DNA from: a virus
DNA: 64,000 nt
Virus record (IMG/VR): IMGVR_UViG_3300037755_000497
Location: 1 to 64,000 of that record
Direction: 5' to 3' (one strand)
Part shown: piece after piece, positions 47,482 to 57,031 of the stretch
Layout: each line of letters begins with the position of its first letter
Position numbering within the stretch: the stretch's first letter is position 1
Made by a program: the position numbers and the translations under genes
The notes under the pieces: model-generated
The model's input: the letters and a program-made list of their open reading frames with translations, nothing else
Databases searched by the model: none
Told to the model about the DNA's origin: nothing

Positions 47482-47772
47482 TTAAACACCGAATAATTCC
47501 TTGAAAGGCAAATCAGTGTTCAACAAAATAAAATTTCCTTCGGGTTGTAGCAAGTCATCGGCCGCAAGTAAAACCTTTTCAAGTTTTTCTGCACCTGTAC
47601 CACTTAGCATAATTTTTTCATTGCGCTGTAGCAGTAAGGCCAAGTTATTCGTGAATTCACGAATTTTAGGGTGAATAATTTCAATTTCTTCAACTGCATC
47701 GACCATGCTTCTTCTTCCCATTTTTTTTCTGTGTTTAGTAATCATCAAGAAAATTTTCTTGGTTGTCAACAA
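47482..47772 (-). CDS. Hypothetical protein
   Basis: ORF. Confidence 0.5.
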   Translation of the reverse strand: MLTTKKIFLMITKHRKKMGRRSMVDAVEEIEIIHPKIREFTNNLALLLQRNEKIMLSGTGAEKLEKVLLAADDLLQPEGNFILLNTDLPFKELFGV

Positions 47773-47968
47773 AGTTTTCAGGAAAATATTCTGGCACGCT
47801 CTGCATTAAGTCCCAAACATCATCTAGGCCTTCCCATTGGCCATTAACAAAAACAAATATTTCACCGCTGAATTTATCCTGCGCATAAAGAAACCCATCA
47901 GTGCCATAGATTAAATCAAATTCATTTGCATTGAATTTTTTATTATTGAAATTTTCATGTCCCAGCAA
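47735..47968 (-). CDS. Hypothetical protein
   Basis: ORF. Confidence 0.45.
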   Translation of the reverse strand: MLGHENFNNKKFNANEFDLIYGTDGFLYAQDKFSGEIFVFVNGQWEGLDDVWDLMQSVPEYFPENFVDNQENFLDDY

Positions 47969-48113
47969 TTTTTATCTTCCTTGATTTCGGTGTGGTAATT
48001 TAATTTTATCATGCCCCAAATTTTTTGGAAGTTTAAAAGTCATTTGGTCAACTGCTATTATTTCTGGGTATCGAACTTTGATTACTTCAAACGTTTAACT
48101 AACTCCAAACTTT

Positions 48114-48478
48114 GATTGCTGGAAAACATGTTACGTTAAAACATTGGAACATTGAAACGTTGGATTGCTGGAAAACATTCAAAACATAATTTCTGGTGAA
48201 AAACAAAAACAAGAAAAAATTGTTAGAAAATTTATTTTCTATATGTATTTATTCTATAATAATATATTCTATACTTAAGACCCCCCAAAATATGTTCCCG
48301 AAAAACTTGTTTGCGGTAACAGAATATGTTCCTGAAACGGTACAAAATATGTTCCTGAAAAACATACCTTTTTCGGTAACAGAATATGTTCCTGAAAACA
48401 TGTTTTAAAACTTAATTTGTATGTTTTTCGGTAACAGATACTAGGGGGTAGTGCATAACAGGAACATAATATGTTCCT
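48114..48478. repeat. Iteron-like repeat array, candidate replication origin
   Basis: AATATGTTCC(T/C)GAAA at 48289, 48323, 48346, 48383; CGGTAACAGA at 48314, 48374, 48429; palindrome AGGAACATAATATGTTCCT 48460-48478; GATTGCTGGAAAACAT at 48114 and 48163; AT-rich 48200-48275. Confidence 0.75.
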
Positions 48479-48899
48479 AATCAATTTTAAGTTTTTTAGC
48501 TGATTTCCTTAATTTACTTTCACCAGGAACAAGAAGCACTTCCCATTTAGTAAACTTGATTCTTCTTCTACCTAAACCATTTTCACCATCAAAAACTGAA
48601 ATGTCTGTATAAGATGTTAAACCATCTTTGGTTTTGATGTAGTAATGCGGCTTAAGCATTTTCTTCTTTTCCAGTGACTTCAAAATTATTTCAACACGCT
48701 TTTTTGGGTAGCCAAATTCTTTTACTATCTGGTGAACTTGAATCATTGAAATACCCCGTTCACCTTTTTTATTTGGGAATGCGCATTCTCTTAATAGTAA
48801 GTAGAAACTAAATTCTTGATAGGTTATCAGACCTTTCCTGTAGGCATGGTGTAATGCGAATAAATTAATTCTTTGTTTCTCAAATATAGATAGCTTCAC
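48477..48899 (-). CDS. Winged-helix-like DNA-binding protein
   Basis: FSFYLLL...IVKEFGYPKKRVEIILKSLEKKKML. Confidence 0.6.
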   Translation of the reverse strand: MKLSIFEKQRINLFALHHAYRKGLITYQEFSFYLLLRECAFPNKKGERGISMIQVHQIVKEFGYPKKRVEIILKSLEKKKMLKPHYYIKTKDGLTSYTDISVFDGENGLGRRRIKFTKWEVLLVPGESKLRKSAKKLKID

Positions 48900-49303
48900 T
48901 ATTCTTCCCCTAGTTCTTTGAACAGTAGGTAAGAACGTTTCATTCCACGGATTCCAAGTTTCAAAGCTGCTTTATAATTATTTACTTTTAAAACTTTCCC
49001 TTCAACAACTTCAAATTCATAAATAGTAGATAGCAATTTTATTTTTTTCAGTTTTCTAATATGATAGTCAATTACTGAACCATCTATATTTTTTAAACGT
49101 TTTTTTGCTTGATTGATTTCTTCCAAACTTAGTTCATTAATTGGTTCTTTAATGTGGGCCAAGTCTGTTAACAGTATATAAAAGGCCGCTGTGGCCCATG
49201 ACATCGAACCCCTACTAACTAAGTTAAAAGCTACATCGGTTCTTAATTTTTTTAATTCTAACAAGTCCTGTTTGGACACTTTATTTCTTTTCATCACCAT
49301 CAC
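48899..49303 (-). CDS. Winged-helix-like DNA-binding protein, apparent paralog of neighbour
   Basis: AAFYILL...IDYHIRKLKKIKLL. Confidence 0.55.
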   Translation of the reverse strand: MMVMKRNKVSKQDLLELKKLRTDVAFNLVSRGSMSWATAAFYILLTDLAHIKEPINELSLEEINQAKKRLKNIDGSVIDYHIRKLKKIKLLSTIYEFEVVEGKVLKVNNYKAALKLGIRGMKRSYLLFKELGEE

Positions 49304-49598
49304 CGTTTAGTTTAATGTACTTAATATGTACCACATCAATATTAGATGTCCAAGAATAGATAGGATTTATTACATGGTGTGTCTGGTAATAACCAGAAAT
49401 TAAAGGATAATTTAAGGTGGTGGGTAACTCAAGGAAGATGTTAGCATTATGAGGGCCAGAATCAAGGAAGATTCACCTACCACCTTAGAAAGTATTTAAA
49501 CCTACTTTATCTTATCAACCTTTTCAAGCCGCACAAGGTGCCCGTATTTTCCCATTTTAGATCGAATAGTTAACTTTATTGCCAGAAAGTGAAAAAGT

Positions 49599-49643
49599 AT
49601 GTTATACTTAGTTATACGATGTTATTGTATAACAATGTAGAAC
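49599..49643. promoter_or_regulatory. Inverted pair of GTATAAC-N3-GTATAAC operator motifs
   Basis: ATGTTATACTTAGTTATAC (49599-49617) and GTATAACAATGTAGAAC (49627-49643). Confidence 0.6.
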
Positions 49644-49657
49644 GGGATGGTGATGGT

Positions 49658-49900
49658 ATGGCTAAGAAAAAGATTCAACGTAAGGTATCAAAAATTACAA
49701 CCCCAAAGGTCGATTTTGGGGCCAAAGACAAGATGAAGGCCTTTAGGTGTTCTAAGGTAATAGCTGAACTGCTAGACAAGGAAGATAACGCTTCTGAAAC
49801 GATAAATAAGGCCATATTAGAGTATCTAAGCAAGAAACTAATAGAATGTCCAACCTGTAAAGGTAAGGGCCAAATACGGCCCCATAAAGAGTGTAAATAA
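49658..49900 (+). CDS. RHH-like regulator with C-terminal CPTCKGKG Zn knuckle (only credible plus-strand gene; track start 49589)
   Basis: MKAFRCSKVIAELLDKEDNASETINKAILEYL; GGTGA upstream of ATG 49658. Confidence 0.7.
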   Translation: MAKKKIQRKVSKITTPKVDFGAKDKMKAFRCSKVIAELLDKEDNASETINKAILEYLSKKLIECPTCKGKGQIRPHKECK

Positions 49901-49901
49901 G

Positions 49902-50600
49902 CTATAGAGATTTAAACCATGCACAAATCTTTTGCCACAAATTTTTCTTGACTATTGGCTTAGGTTTTTGTGCTGGAATACTATTCGGAACCACATCTTT
50001 TACTGGTTCTTGGATTGGTGTATCACCTTTAAAGAAATCTTCGTGTTCAAATATTTCCCTTATAATTGTCATAGCACCCATTTGTTTACTCACAGCTGTA
50101 TCAGACCACTTACCATCAGCAATGTATTTTCCACTATCGTAGTGATTACTAAAAGACCAAAGATAAGGTGATTTTACATGTGAATGGTACTTTCTATAAC
50201 CCCACCCATTATGAGATTCAAAACAAAAACATATTTCTGGGATACCCCAGCTAAAGAATCCTAACGTTTTAAACATTTTTAAATGTAAAGTTTCCATAGC
50301 ATCCAAAGCAGCATCTTCCCAGGAATTCCACGGGCCAAGTCCTACTGGAACCAAAGTGGTTTTCTTAGACCAGCTTTCACCGTTGTGAATTTGCTTGGAG
50401 AAATTTAAACCAGCTTCCATATAATGAATACAACCAACAACATACCAAGGTACTTTGGTTTCTTTTTCAACTTTTAAATATTCTTCCTTGAGGGAAACAA
50501 TTTTATTAGCAATTATTTTGATATAACTAGTATGATACATTGGCATCATACTATCCCAAAGTTTCTGGTATTCATCACGAAGTTCTTTTGTAAGTTTCAT
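49902..50600 (-). CDS. Lysozyme-family endolysin (COG5526-like); start probably MKLTK
   Basis: VPWYVVGCIHYMEAG...HNGE...FESHNGWGY...SPYLWSFSNHYDSGKYIADG...SKQMGA. Confidence 0.82.
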   Translation of the reverse strand: MKLTKELRDEYQKLWDSMMPMYHTSYIKIIANKIVSLKEEYLKVEKETKVPWYVVGCIHYMEAGLNFSKQIHNGESWSKKTTLVPVGLGPWNSWEDAALDAMETLHLKMFKTLGFFSWGIPEICFCFESHNGWGYRKYHSHVKSPYLWSFSNHYDSGKYIADGKWSDTAVSKQMGAMTIIREIFEHEDFFKGDTPIQEPVKDVVPNSIPAQKPKPIVKKNLWQKICAWFKSL

Positions 50601-50672
50601 ATTAACCCCAAATAAGAAAGGCCCAGTTTCCCAGGCCCAACCGAACAAATCAACCCTGCAATTGATTCATTC

Positions 50673-50903
50673 TTATTTTTGAAATAGATTTGCGCCTAAA
50701 GACAATGTTGATTCATAATCAACTGATGCATTTGCCACATCAGCAAAATCAGCATCCATTTTAACCGCTAAAGCAACAACACCAGCTTTTACCGCATCCA
50801 ATTCATCACGAATGGCACCGTAAAGTTCTTTGTCAGAAGCTTGACTTTTATTAGCGTGACCTTCTGTAAGTCCAACCGCTTTTCTTTGCCCAATTTTTAA
50901 CAT
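50673..50903 (-). CDS. Small putative virion protein
   Basis: ORF with AAGGG RBS. Confidence 0.55.
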   Translation of the reverse strand: MLKIGQRKAVGLTEGHANKSQASDKELYGAIRDELDAVKAGVVALAVKMDADFADVANASVDYESTLSLGANLFQK

Positions 50904-50955
50904 GTTTTTTCCCTTGTTAAGGTTTTTAGTTTAAAGCTAAATTACAAAAAGAATC

Positions 50956-51255
50956 TTAGTTGTCAGATTCAGATTGTGTAGCAACGTAATGGAATTCCTT
51001 CGCTGTTACAGCTTCGGCCGCAATCAGTGTAAATCCATCAGCGTTGATAGTGATAGCATCAACATACGTTTTTGTACCAGCTGCTATTTCTTTTCTGGCC
51101 TTAGCAAGTGGCATTGTTTCACTTTTCTTGTAATCAGCTTGGTCAGTGATGTTGTAGACCTCAACTTTTTTAGGCTTGAAACCAAGAACAACTTTTTTGT
51201 CGGCCCCTGCACCAACGAAACTACCAGCACGTGTTTTGCTTACATTACTTGACAT
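50956..51255 (-). CDS. Small beta-rich putative virion/decoration protein
   Basis: GSFVGAG...LGFKPKKV...ADGFTL. Confidence 0.6.
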   Translation of the reverse strand: MSSNVSKTRAGSFVGAGADKKVVLGFKPKKVEVYNITDQADYKKSETMPLAKARKEIAAGTKTYVDAITINADGFTLIAAEAVTAKEFHYVATQSESDN

Positions 51256-51348
51256 TTTTTACCCCCTTAAGGTTTTTAGATTAATAGCTTTAGCACCCCT
51301 ACCAACCATCAATAGCGTCTACTATTTACATGTAGGATGAATCAAGAT

Positions 51349-51380
51349 TTATTGTATAACAATGTATAACATCAATCAAA
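51349..51380 (-). promoter_or_regulatory. sigma70 promoter with GTATAACAATGTATAACAT operator in the spacer
   Basis: TTGATT-N17-TACAAT; the 19-mer is identical to 63342-63360. Confidence 0.6.
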
Positions 51381-51626
51381 TTAAAAAAGGTGGGTCACAC
51401 CGTTATCAGATAATTCCTGGATAATCATATTATTTATTTCAGCGTATATCTGTCTCTTTTGATTGGGAATTAACATTTCTTTTTCCAGATTGTGGGATAC
51501 CTTGGCCCTAATATTTTTTAGGGCCTGTAGTACCTGTTGACTATACATTGCACACTCGAATACTTCGTTATCATCTGGAATATTAAATTCTAAATTAGCC
51601 TTCATTTTCATTTTCCGATGAAACAT
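51381..51626 (-). CDS. Conserved phage hypothetical protein
   Basis: MKANLEFNIPDD pattern. Confidence 0.6.
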   Translation of the reverse strand: MFHRKMKMKANLEFNIPDDNEVFECAMYSQQVLQALKNIRAKVSHNLEKEMLIPNQKRQIYAEINNMIIQELSDNGVTHLF

Positions 51627-52245
51627 CTTCTATCAGTGATGGATTCTTTTGAACATAAAGAAGGATGTCACGATTATAAGTTTTAGCTGTGGCCTGTGCT
51701 TCTGTGCAAGCTGATGCTAGGCTACCCATTTTCTCAACAATCATTAACTGAACTTCTTTAATCTTGCCATTAAGTTCAGCATATTCTTTTGCTACTTCAA
51801 TTTTTTTACCGACTAAATGTTTTAGAACTGGGTCAGATAGTTTACCAGATTCTTCTAATTTAAGAACTTTTGAAATAACTTGTTCCTGGAAAGGTGTTAG
51901 TTTTTCTTTTTGAAGCCCACCAACTGAATTAAATTTAGCAAGTATCTCTTTTCTTTGTTGCTCTAATTTATTATTCATGTGCTGTGATTGTGTTACTTCA
52001 ATTTTTTTCGTACCAATGTGCTTGTCAATTATTACTTCCTTTTCGTCTTTTTCTAATAATTCTTCAACTTCATCAGCGGTTTCAATAATTTCCCCAACTT
52101 CATCATTAGAAAGCCCAGATTCTTTTTCTGGTGCATTCATAATGTTAATGTCTTTGTTGATTTGTTTCATTTCTTCGTCAAATTTTTGCTTAGGTGTTTT
52201 CATTTTCTTCCTTCCAATTTTCGCTAAACGAATTGTAAAGTTCAT
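51595..52245 (-). CDS. Coiled-coil hypothetical protein
   Basis: ORF. Confidence 0.6.
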   Translation of the reverse strand: MNFTIRLAKIGRKKMKTPKQKFDEEMKQINKDINIMNAPEKESGLSNDEVGEIIETADEVEELLEKDEKEVIIDKHIGTKKIEVTQSQHMNNKLEQQRKEILAKFNSVGGLQKEKLTPFQEQVISKVLKLEESGKLSDPVLKHLVGKKIEVAKEYAELNGKIKEVQLMIVEKMGSLASACTEAQATAKTYNRDILLYVQKNPSLIEDVSSENENEG

Positions 52246-52287
52246 ACTGTTTTTAGTATAAATAATGTTTATACGCTTTTTAGTATT

Positions 52288-52548
52288 CTATTCTTCTTCT
52301 GGTTTAATAACTAGGTTTTTACCATTAAATACGTTCACACCATATTGTGTTTCAATCCAGTACGTGTTTTTTTCTGGTTTACCTTCAAACTTTTCAAGTT
52401 TTTTAACTGTACCTTCTTCTTCACTAAAATTCAAAGTTTCTGGTTCACCAGTTGAAGGATTCTTTCTTAGCACTTTTCCTGTTGCCAAAACAACATCGTT
52501 TAATTCAAAAACCATACTATAATCCTTTCTTGCATTCCATTGTTCCAT
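52288..52548 (-). CDS. Hypothetical protein
   Basis: ORF. Confidence 0.5.
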   Translation of the reverse strand: MEQWNARKDYSMVFELNDVVLATGKVLRKNPSTGEPETLNFSEEEGTVKKLEKFEGKPEKNTYWIETQYGVNVFNGKNLVIKPEEE

Positions 52549-53020
52549 CCAATAGAAATTTGTAATCTGTTATCCCATCAAGATATTTTTCAACAGTGAA
52601 TTCTTTATACTGTTTACAATATCTGGCCCTTGAAAAGAATCTTTTACCCCAACTACTGCATTCTTTATAGAATTCTTTCCTACAGAAACCAGGCTTATCT
52701 GGACAAAACCTGTATCTTTTTCCAGAAACCACGCAAGCAAAACCTAGTTCAATAAAATTTTCCCTAATCTTCTTATTGCTTAAGTCATATTCTTTTATGG
52801 ATTCCTTTTCGCAATCAGGCCCATAAAAATCTGTACATACTCTGTTGGTAAGGAACCCTTCGTGCTTAGGTCTGGGAATCAAACGCTGTTTTTCAAGTGG
52901 CCTATGGTATTGGTGAACTTCATCCATATCAGATTTTGGTTCCATAACATCTTTTGTCCACTTTTTAAAACCAGCACACGAAGAAAGCATTAAAATCGAA
53001 ATCATTAAAATCATTTTCAT
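52517..53020 (-). CDS. Cys-rich lipoprotein, possible o-spanin
   Basis: Lipobox LSSC; lysis region. Confidence 0.55.
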   Translation of the reverse strand: MKMILMISILMLSSCAGFKKWTKDVMEPKSDMDEVHQYHRPLEKQRLIPRPKHEGFLTNRVCTDFYGPDCEKESIKEYDLSNKKIRENFIELGFACVVSGKRYRFCPDKPGFCRKEFYKECSSWGKRFFSRARYCKQYKEFTVEKYLDGITDYKFLLDGTMECKKGL

Positions 53021-53028
53021 ATCGAATC

Positions 53029-53334
53029 CTATTTGTTTGCTAACATTCTTTCTAGTTCTTTTTTGGCCGCTGACTCTAAGACATCAGCAAGCTTTTCTAG
53101 TTCACGTACTTTGTCTTCAAAGTGTTCAACTACATTGTCATATTGCTGGTCTTGCGGTTTTTGTTTTTCCAGATTAACTTTATTTTCAGCTTCTAAAGCA
53201 TTTTTCTTTGCTTCCATCCATTCATCTAAATATTTCCTGGATTCTTTAGTATTACTTTTTTCAAGAACTTGTTCAGCTACACCCATACCTTTAGTTAATA
53301 AGGCCAGTACACTAGTTGTAATTAACTTTCCCAT
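53029..53334 (-). CDS. Coiled-coil protein, possible spanin component
   Basis: Hydrophobic N-terminus then coiled coil. Confidence 0.45.
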   Translation of the reverse strand: MGKLITTSVLALLTKGMGVAEQVLEKSNTKESRKYLDEWMEAKKNALEAENKVNLEKQKPQDQQYDNVVEHFEDKVRELEKLADVLESAAKKELERMLANK

Positions 53335-53429
53335 TTTGTTTCCTTGTAATAAAAAAGCCCCAGTGTTTTCCTGGATTCATTATCCAAGTTCACCAGGGGC
53401 TTGTATTTTTATTTTAATTTTTTTATCAA

Positions 53430-53888
53430 TTAGACTTTATCACACGCCTGTGCTGCAAGCTGATTGATTTTCTCACTTAAATCAGATAGTCCACATTCCC
53501 ATTTAGATGGAACCCCTTTATCTAATAGTGCTGGAATTGCAAGTGAAGCCGCTGCTTTACAAATTTCTGATGCGACACCTTCGGCCTGTGAACCTTCTGG
53601 TGCTGACTCATTAAGTGCTTTTACAACAAGTGAATTATCACTTTCAATTTTTAATAGTGCTTCAACATCAGCTTGTACAGCATCAGTGGCCTGACATTCA
53701 CCAGTTTCAACAATCGCTTTTGTGATTGCATCAGCTGCTTTTTTCTTTGCTTGCGGTACTACTGTGCTTTTGAAGTAAGAACAACTTGTCACACTCATTA
53801 GCATGACCGCTGTAATTAACATAATAAGAATCTTCATAATTTTTCCCCTTGGTTCTTTGTTTTTAAGCATTATAATGTTTGTTATCAT
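53430..53888 (-). CDS. Lipoprotein
   Basis: MKILIMLITAVMLMSVTSC signal and lipobox. Confidence 0.6.
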   Translation of the reverse strand: MITNIIMLKNKEPRGKIMKILIMLITAVMLMSVTSCSYFKSTVVPQAKKKAADAITKAIVETGECQATDAVQADVEALLKIESDNSLVVKALNESAPEGSQAEGVASEICKAAASLAIPALLDKGVPSKWECGLSDLSEKINQLAAQACDKV

Positions 53889-53894
53889 TATAAA

Positions 53895-54371
53895 TCAATC
53901 TTTCTTTTTTTCTCGCTTCTTTTCGCTGTGCATATTAAGAAACTCAAGTAATTTCAATGGAACTGGCCACCCTAAAGCACTTATATTTTCCATAATAGAA
54001 ATAGCTTCTGTGACCATCAGAAAAGTTTTCATTGTAGTGGTAGCATATTGGCCGGGAAATTCCCTGTCTAAGACACCAGCTGTACCCAGCATCATTATGT
54101 AGACAAAGAACTTCATGGCCACCCTTGACCAACCACTGGAACTAAGTTCCTTATTTTTACAGGCCTTCATAACACCTGTAATAGAGTCAAAAACAACCAG
54201 TATAAAAACTGGGACAAAGACATAGCCGTTGCCAAAAATATAAGCATAAGTACAAAAAAATAAAGCTGACACAGACTTAGGAAATGTATGGTCACCAATG
54301 CTAAAAATAATTTCCCTACATGTTTCTAATTTAAAATGTGTCAAAACGTTTCCCTTCCTTAAGTAACCCAT
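53895..54371 (-). CDS. Holin (phage holin 4/Cph1-like)
   Basis: FDSITGVMKA...LSS...KFFVY...EAISIMENISALGWPVP; multiple TM. Confidence 0.85.
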   Translation of the reverse strand: MGYLRKGNVLTHFKLETCREIIFSIGDHTFPKSVSALFFCTYAYIFGNGYVFVPVFILVVFDSITGVMKACKNKELSSSGWSRVAMKFFVYIMMLGTAGVLDREFPGQYATTTMKTFLMVTEAISIMENISALGWPVPLKLLEFLNMHSEKKREKKKD

Positions 54372-54399
54372 AGTTCCACCACGTCCTTATGGTTTCTCT

Positions 54400-55053
54400 C
54401 TATTCGTTTTCGATTGCTGTTTTTTGTGCAACATAAGTTAATATCTGTTGTTCACGCCAAATTGCATAGTCATCGGCAAGGTTAATTAATGCTGTTGAAT
54501 ACGCAAGAACTTTTTCATCCGTATTTAGAGCGTCACCAATTGATAGGCCAACAATTTCAAACCTGGCAATCAAACCTTTATCAGAATATTTTGCTGGATT
54601 CGTTTTCATTGAAAGCCAAGTTAGGTAATTGGCAACAGCACTGTCTGGATTTGTAGTGTTGTAAACTTGTTTCATTTCAACTTCAACAGCTGTATTTAAA
54701 GTTGTGAATAATTCTTGAACTCTTTGTGTTTTATCATAAGCATCGTAACCAGCTTTCTTTTGGATTTCCCAGCGTGATAGTATAGCTTCATGATAAGTCC
54801 AACCAGTTAAATCTTCTGGTTCTTCATTTACTGAATCTTCACCATTTTCCCAGTATGCTGGTTGCGCTTCAATTTTTACACCTGTAAGGATGTTTAAAGG
54901 AAGTTCTTCAAATTCTTCTGGAAAATCTATAATTACCCCGACACCACTTGAATGGGGCCATCCTTTTAAGTCCTTTTCATTTGCTGTAGGGCCTTTAATT
55001 ACATCGCCCTTTTCCCATCTATCAAAATCCCTATCTGCTATTAAAATTTTCAT
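54400..55053 (-). CDS. Putative tail fibre assembly/chaperone protein
   Basis: Position at end of fibre cassette. Confidence 0.45.
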   Translation of the reverse strand: MKILIADRDFDRWEKGDVIKGPTANEKDLKGWPHSSGVGVIIDFPEEFEELPLNILTGVKIEAQPAYWENGEDSVNEEPEDLTGWTYHEAILSRWEIQKKAGYDAYDKTQRVQELFTTLNTAVEVEMKQVYNTTNPDSAVANYLTWLSMKTNPAKYSDKGLIARFEIVGLSIGDALNTDEKVLAYSTALINLADDYAIWREQQILTYVAQKTAIENE

Positions 55054-55074
55054 ATATTATTTCTCCTTTATTAA

Positions 55075-55992
55075 TTATAGTTCTGCTTTTGCTGTAAATG
55101 AGTCAATAAAGTTTGCTCCACCTGTTGCTGTAGCTACGTGATAAACAGAAAACCCATCTACCATATTGTTAAGAAGGTTTGGTGTTGATGACATGCTAAC
55201 CACCCCTACGTTGGTTAAACTAACCGAAGGGGTAACTCTTTTATTTACCTTGTATTGATACCCCATTGAAAAGTTCTGTGCGTTAGTAGCGTAAAAATCA
55301 AACCTAATACTTCCTACTTCGTAATATCTTTGAGCATCCAATAATTCTCTACCCTGATTATACTGCTTAAAATCCCCAACAAATGAACCTTGATTAAGCA
55401 TAAAGCCAGCAACAATTAAACTCGCTGCACCTGTTGCTGCAACCTTGACTTTTATCTCTATTTCAATTCCACGCTCTACCTGACTATTTAAAATAAAGTT
55501 TTCAAACTTCACTTGTTGCCAAATACCTAATGTACTTAATTCAACTTGCTTATTAGATAATGCGGTTACAGCTGAAAAATCATCTCTTACATCAGGAATT
55601 CTAACTGTCATTGTGAATAAATCAAAATTAGTAGGCTTAACCCAAAGACCTTGAGACAAAGATTTAGAAGCATACTTTACAGCATCTTTACTTTCCATTC
55701 TGTATCTTAAATAAACTTCATCAGTATCAGCACCAGCAACACCGTCTACAAATTTAAAGCCTCTAAATAAACCAGTAAAAGGCAAATCAGTATCTTCACT
55801 TTCTAGTTCTGGTGGTGTACTCCATGTGCCTTCTCTTTTAATAGCTATTCTATCTGGCCCTACAAAATTAAAAGTAGCATTGGGTACAGCAATTGAATCA
55901 TACGGAAATCCAGAATATTGATGCAAATTCAAACCACCGTTTATAAAGTCGTTTGGTATTTGCGTTCCTAGTACATGATTTTTTAAGCCCAT
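55075..55992 (-). CDS. Tail fibre / receptor-binding protein (CBM-like)
   Basis: INGGL...DR...ELLDAQRYYE...KVNKRVTP...AEL pattern. Confidence 0.65.
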   Translation of the reverse strand: MGLKNHVLGTQIPNDFINGGLNLHQYSGFPYDSIAVPNATFNFVGPDRIAIKREGTWSTPPELESEDTDLPFTGLFRGFKFVDGVAGADTDEVYLRYRMESKDAVKYASKSLSQGLWVKPTNFDLFTMTVRIPDVRDDFSAVTALSNKQVELSTLGIWQQVKFENFILNSQVERGIEIEIKVKVAATGAASLIVAGFMLNQGSFVGDFKQYNQGRELLDAQRYYEVGSIRFDFYATNAQNFSMGYQYKVNKRVTPSVSLTNVGVVSMSSTPNLLNNMVDGFSVYHVATATGGANFIDSFTAKAEL

Positions 55993-56002
55993 AATATTTT
56001 TC

Positions 56003-57022
56003 CTATAATTCCGCGTTTATAAAAATTCTTCCATTGCCACCAGTCAGTGCTTCAAACATCCCAGATTCACCATTTCCACCAGCACCATGGGTAAAATTAG
56101 CTCTTAACCTACAATTATGCCTAGTGGTAGTATCAAAAGCAGCATTTACTGTTAGATTAGTAGCTACATTTTTACAAAAGAATCGCCACCCATTTGAAGT
56201 TTGAAATGTTGACGTTACAGCTGGAATTTTCCTTTTTTCTTTAAAATTAAGAATTCCCCAAATTGAACCCGATGACTGTATAGTTCCCACTGATATGGCA
56301 CCTGATGTTCCATACTCTAATGCTTCAAAATAGTATGAACAAACATCCCTTTCATCTAATACTGAACCAGCAAATGAAGAAAATTCATTAACGATATTCC
56401 CATTGAAACTTATATAATGTCTCATGGCCTCTATTCTGTGAATTACAGTGGAACCAGTTACAGACATATTCTCTAAGGTTAGTTCAACTTCATAGCCGTT
56501 ATTTCCAGCTAGTGATGAAATCGGAACTCCTAACCATTTTACTTCTTGATAGATTCCTACAGTTAAAGCTACTGTTTCATTAAATATTTCTGTTTGTGCT
56601 GAATGGTCATCTTCTGCATTTGCTCTAAGGATTCTTAGTCTTGCAACAGTAGCACTTTCTGAATAAACCCATCTGTGAACATTTACATTTTCGCCACCAA
56701 CTTCAAAAGAATTTTCTGATGCTATTCTTTGGGCCATTAAAAGCTTCCCATCAGAACTAGATGGTGTTCCAGAAAATTCAATGCATCTTCTAACTTTATT
56801 TTCCCCTGAAACATTTGATGATTGCTCTGATGTAGGTGCAACAGACCATGTTCCTTGATACTGTATAATGTATCTATTTATAGTATTATAGTTTTTAGAC
56901 GCTACTGGCATAATTCTAGCCCCAAACTCGGATTCTAGTCCTTGCAAAGTATGCCTGAAAAATTCTGCAAATCCATTTAATTCAATTTGTCTATCTAGTC
57001 TTGCTAATCTTTTTGAACTCAT
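56003..57022 (-). CDS. Tail fibre / receptor-binding protein, paralog of 55075-55992
   Basis: LNG...NRY...ERDVCSYYFE...EKRKIP...NAEL. Confidence 0.65.
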   Translation of the reverse strand: MSSKRLARLDRQIELNGFAEFFRHTLQGLESEFGARIMPVASKNYNTINRYIIQYQGTWSVAPTSEQSSNVSGENKVRRCIEFSGTPSSSDGKLLMAQRIASENSFEVGGENVNVHRWVYSESATVARLRILRANAEDDHSAQTEIFNETVALTVGIYQEVKWLGVPISSLAGNNGYEVELTLENMSVTGSTVIHRIEAMRHYISFNGNIVNEFSSFAGSVLDERDVCSYYFEALEYGTSGAISVGTIQSSGSIWGILNFKEKRKIPAVTSTFQTSNGWRFFCKNVATNLTVNAAFDTTTRHNCRLRANFTHGAGGNGESGMFEALTGGNGRIFINAEL

Positions 57023-57031
57023 ATATTTTCC

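Noticed and set aside
48196-48484. ORFs 48196-48408 (+) and 48275-48484 (-), and a possible CRISPR array
   Set aside because: The ORFs merely translate the repeats; units are short with irregular short spacing and no cas genes, so iterons fit better
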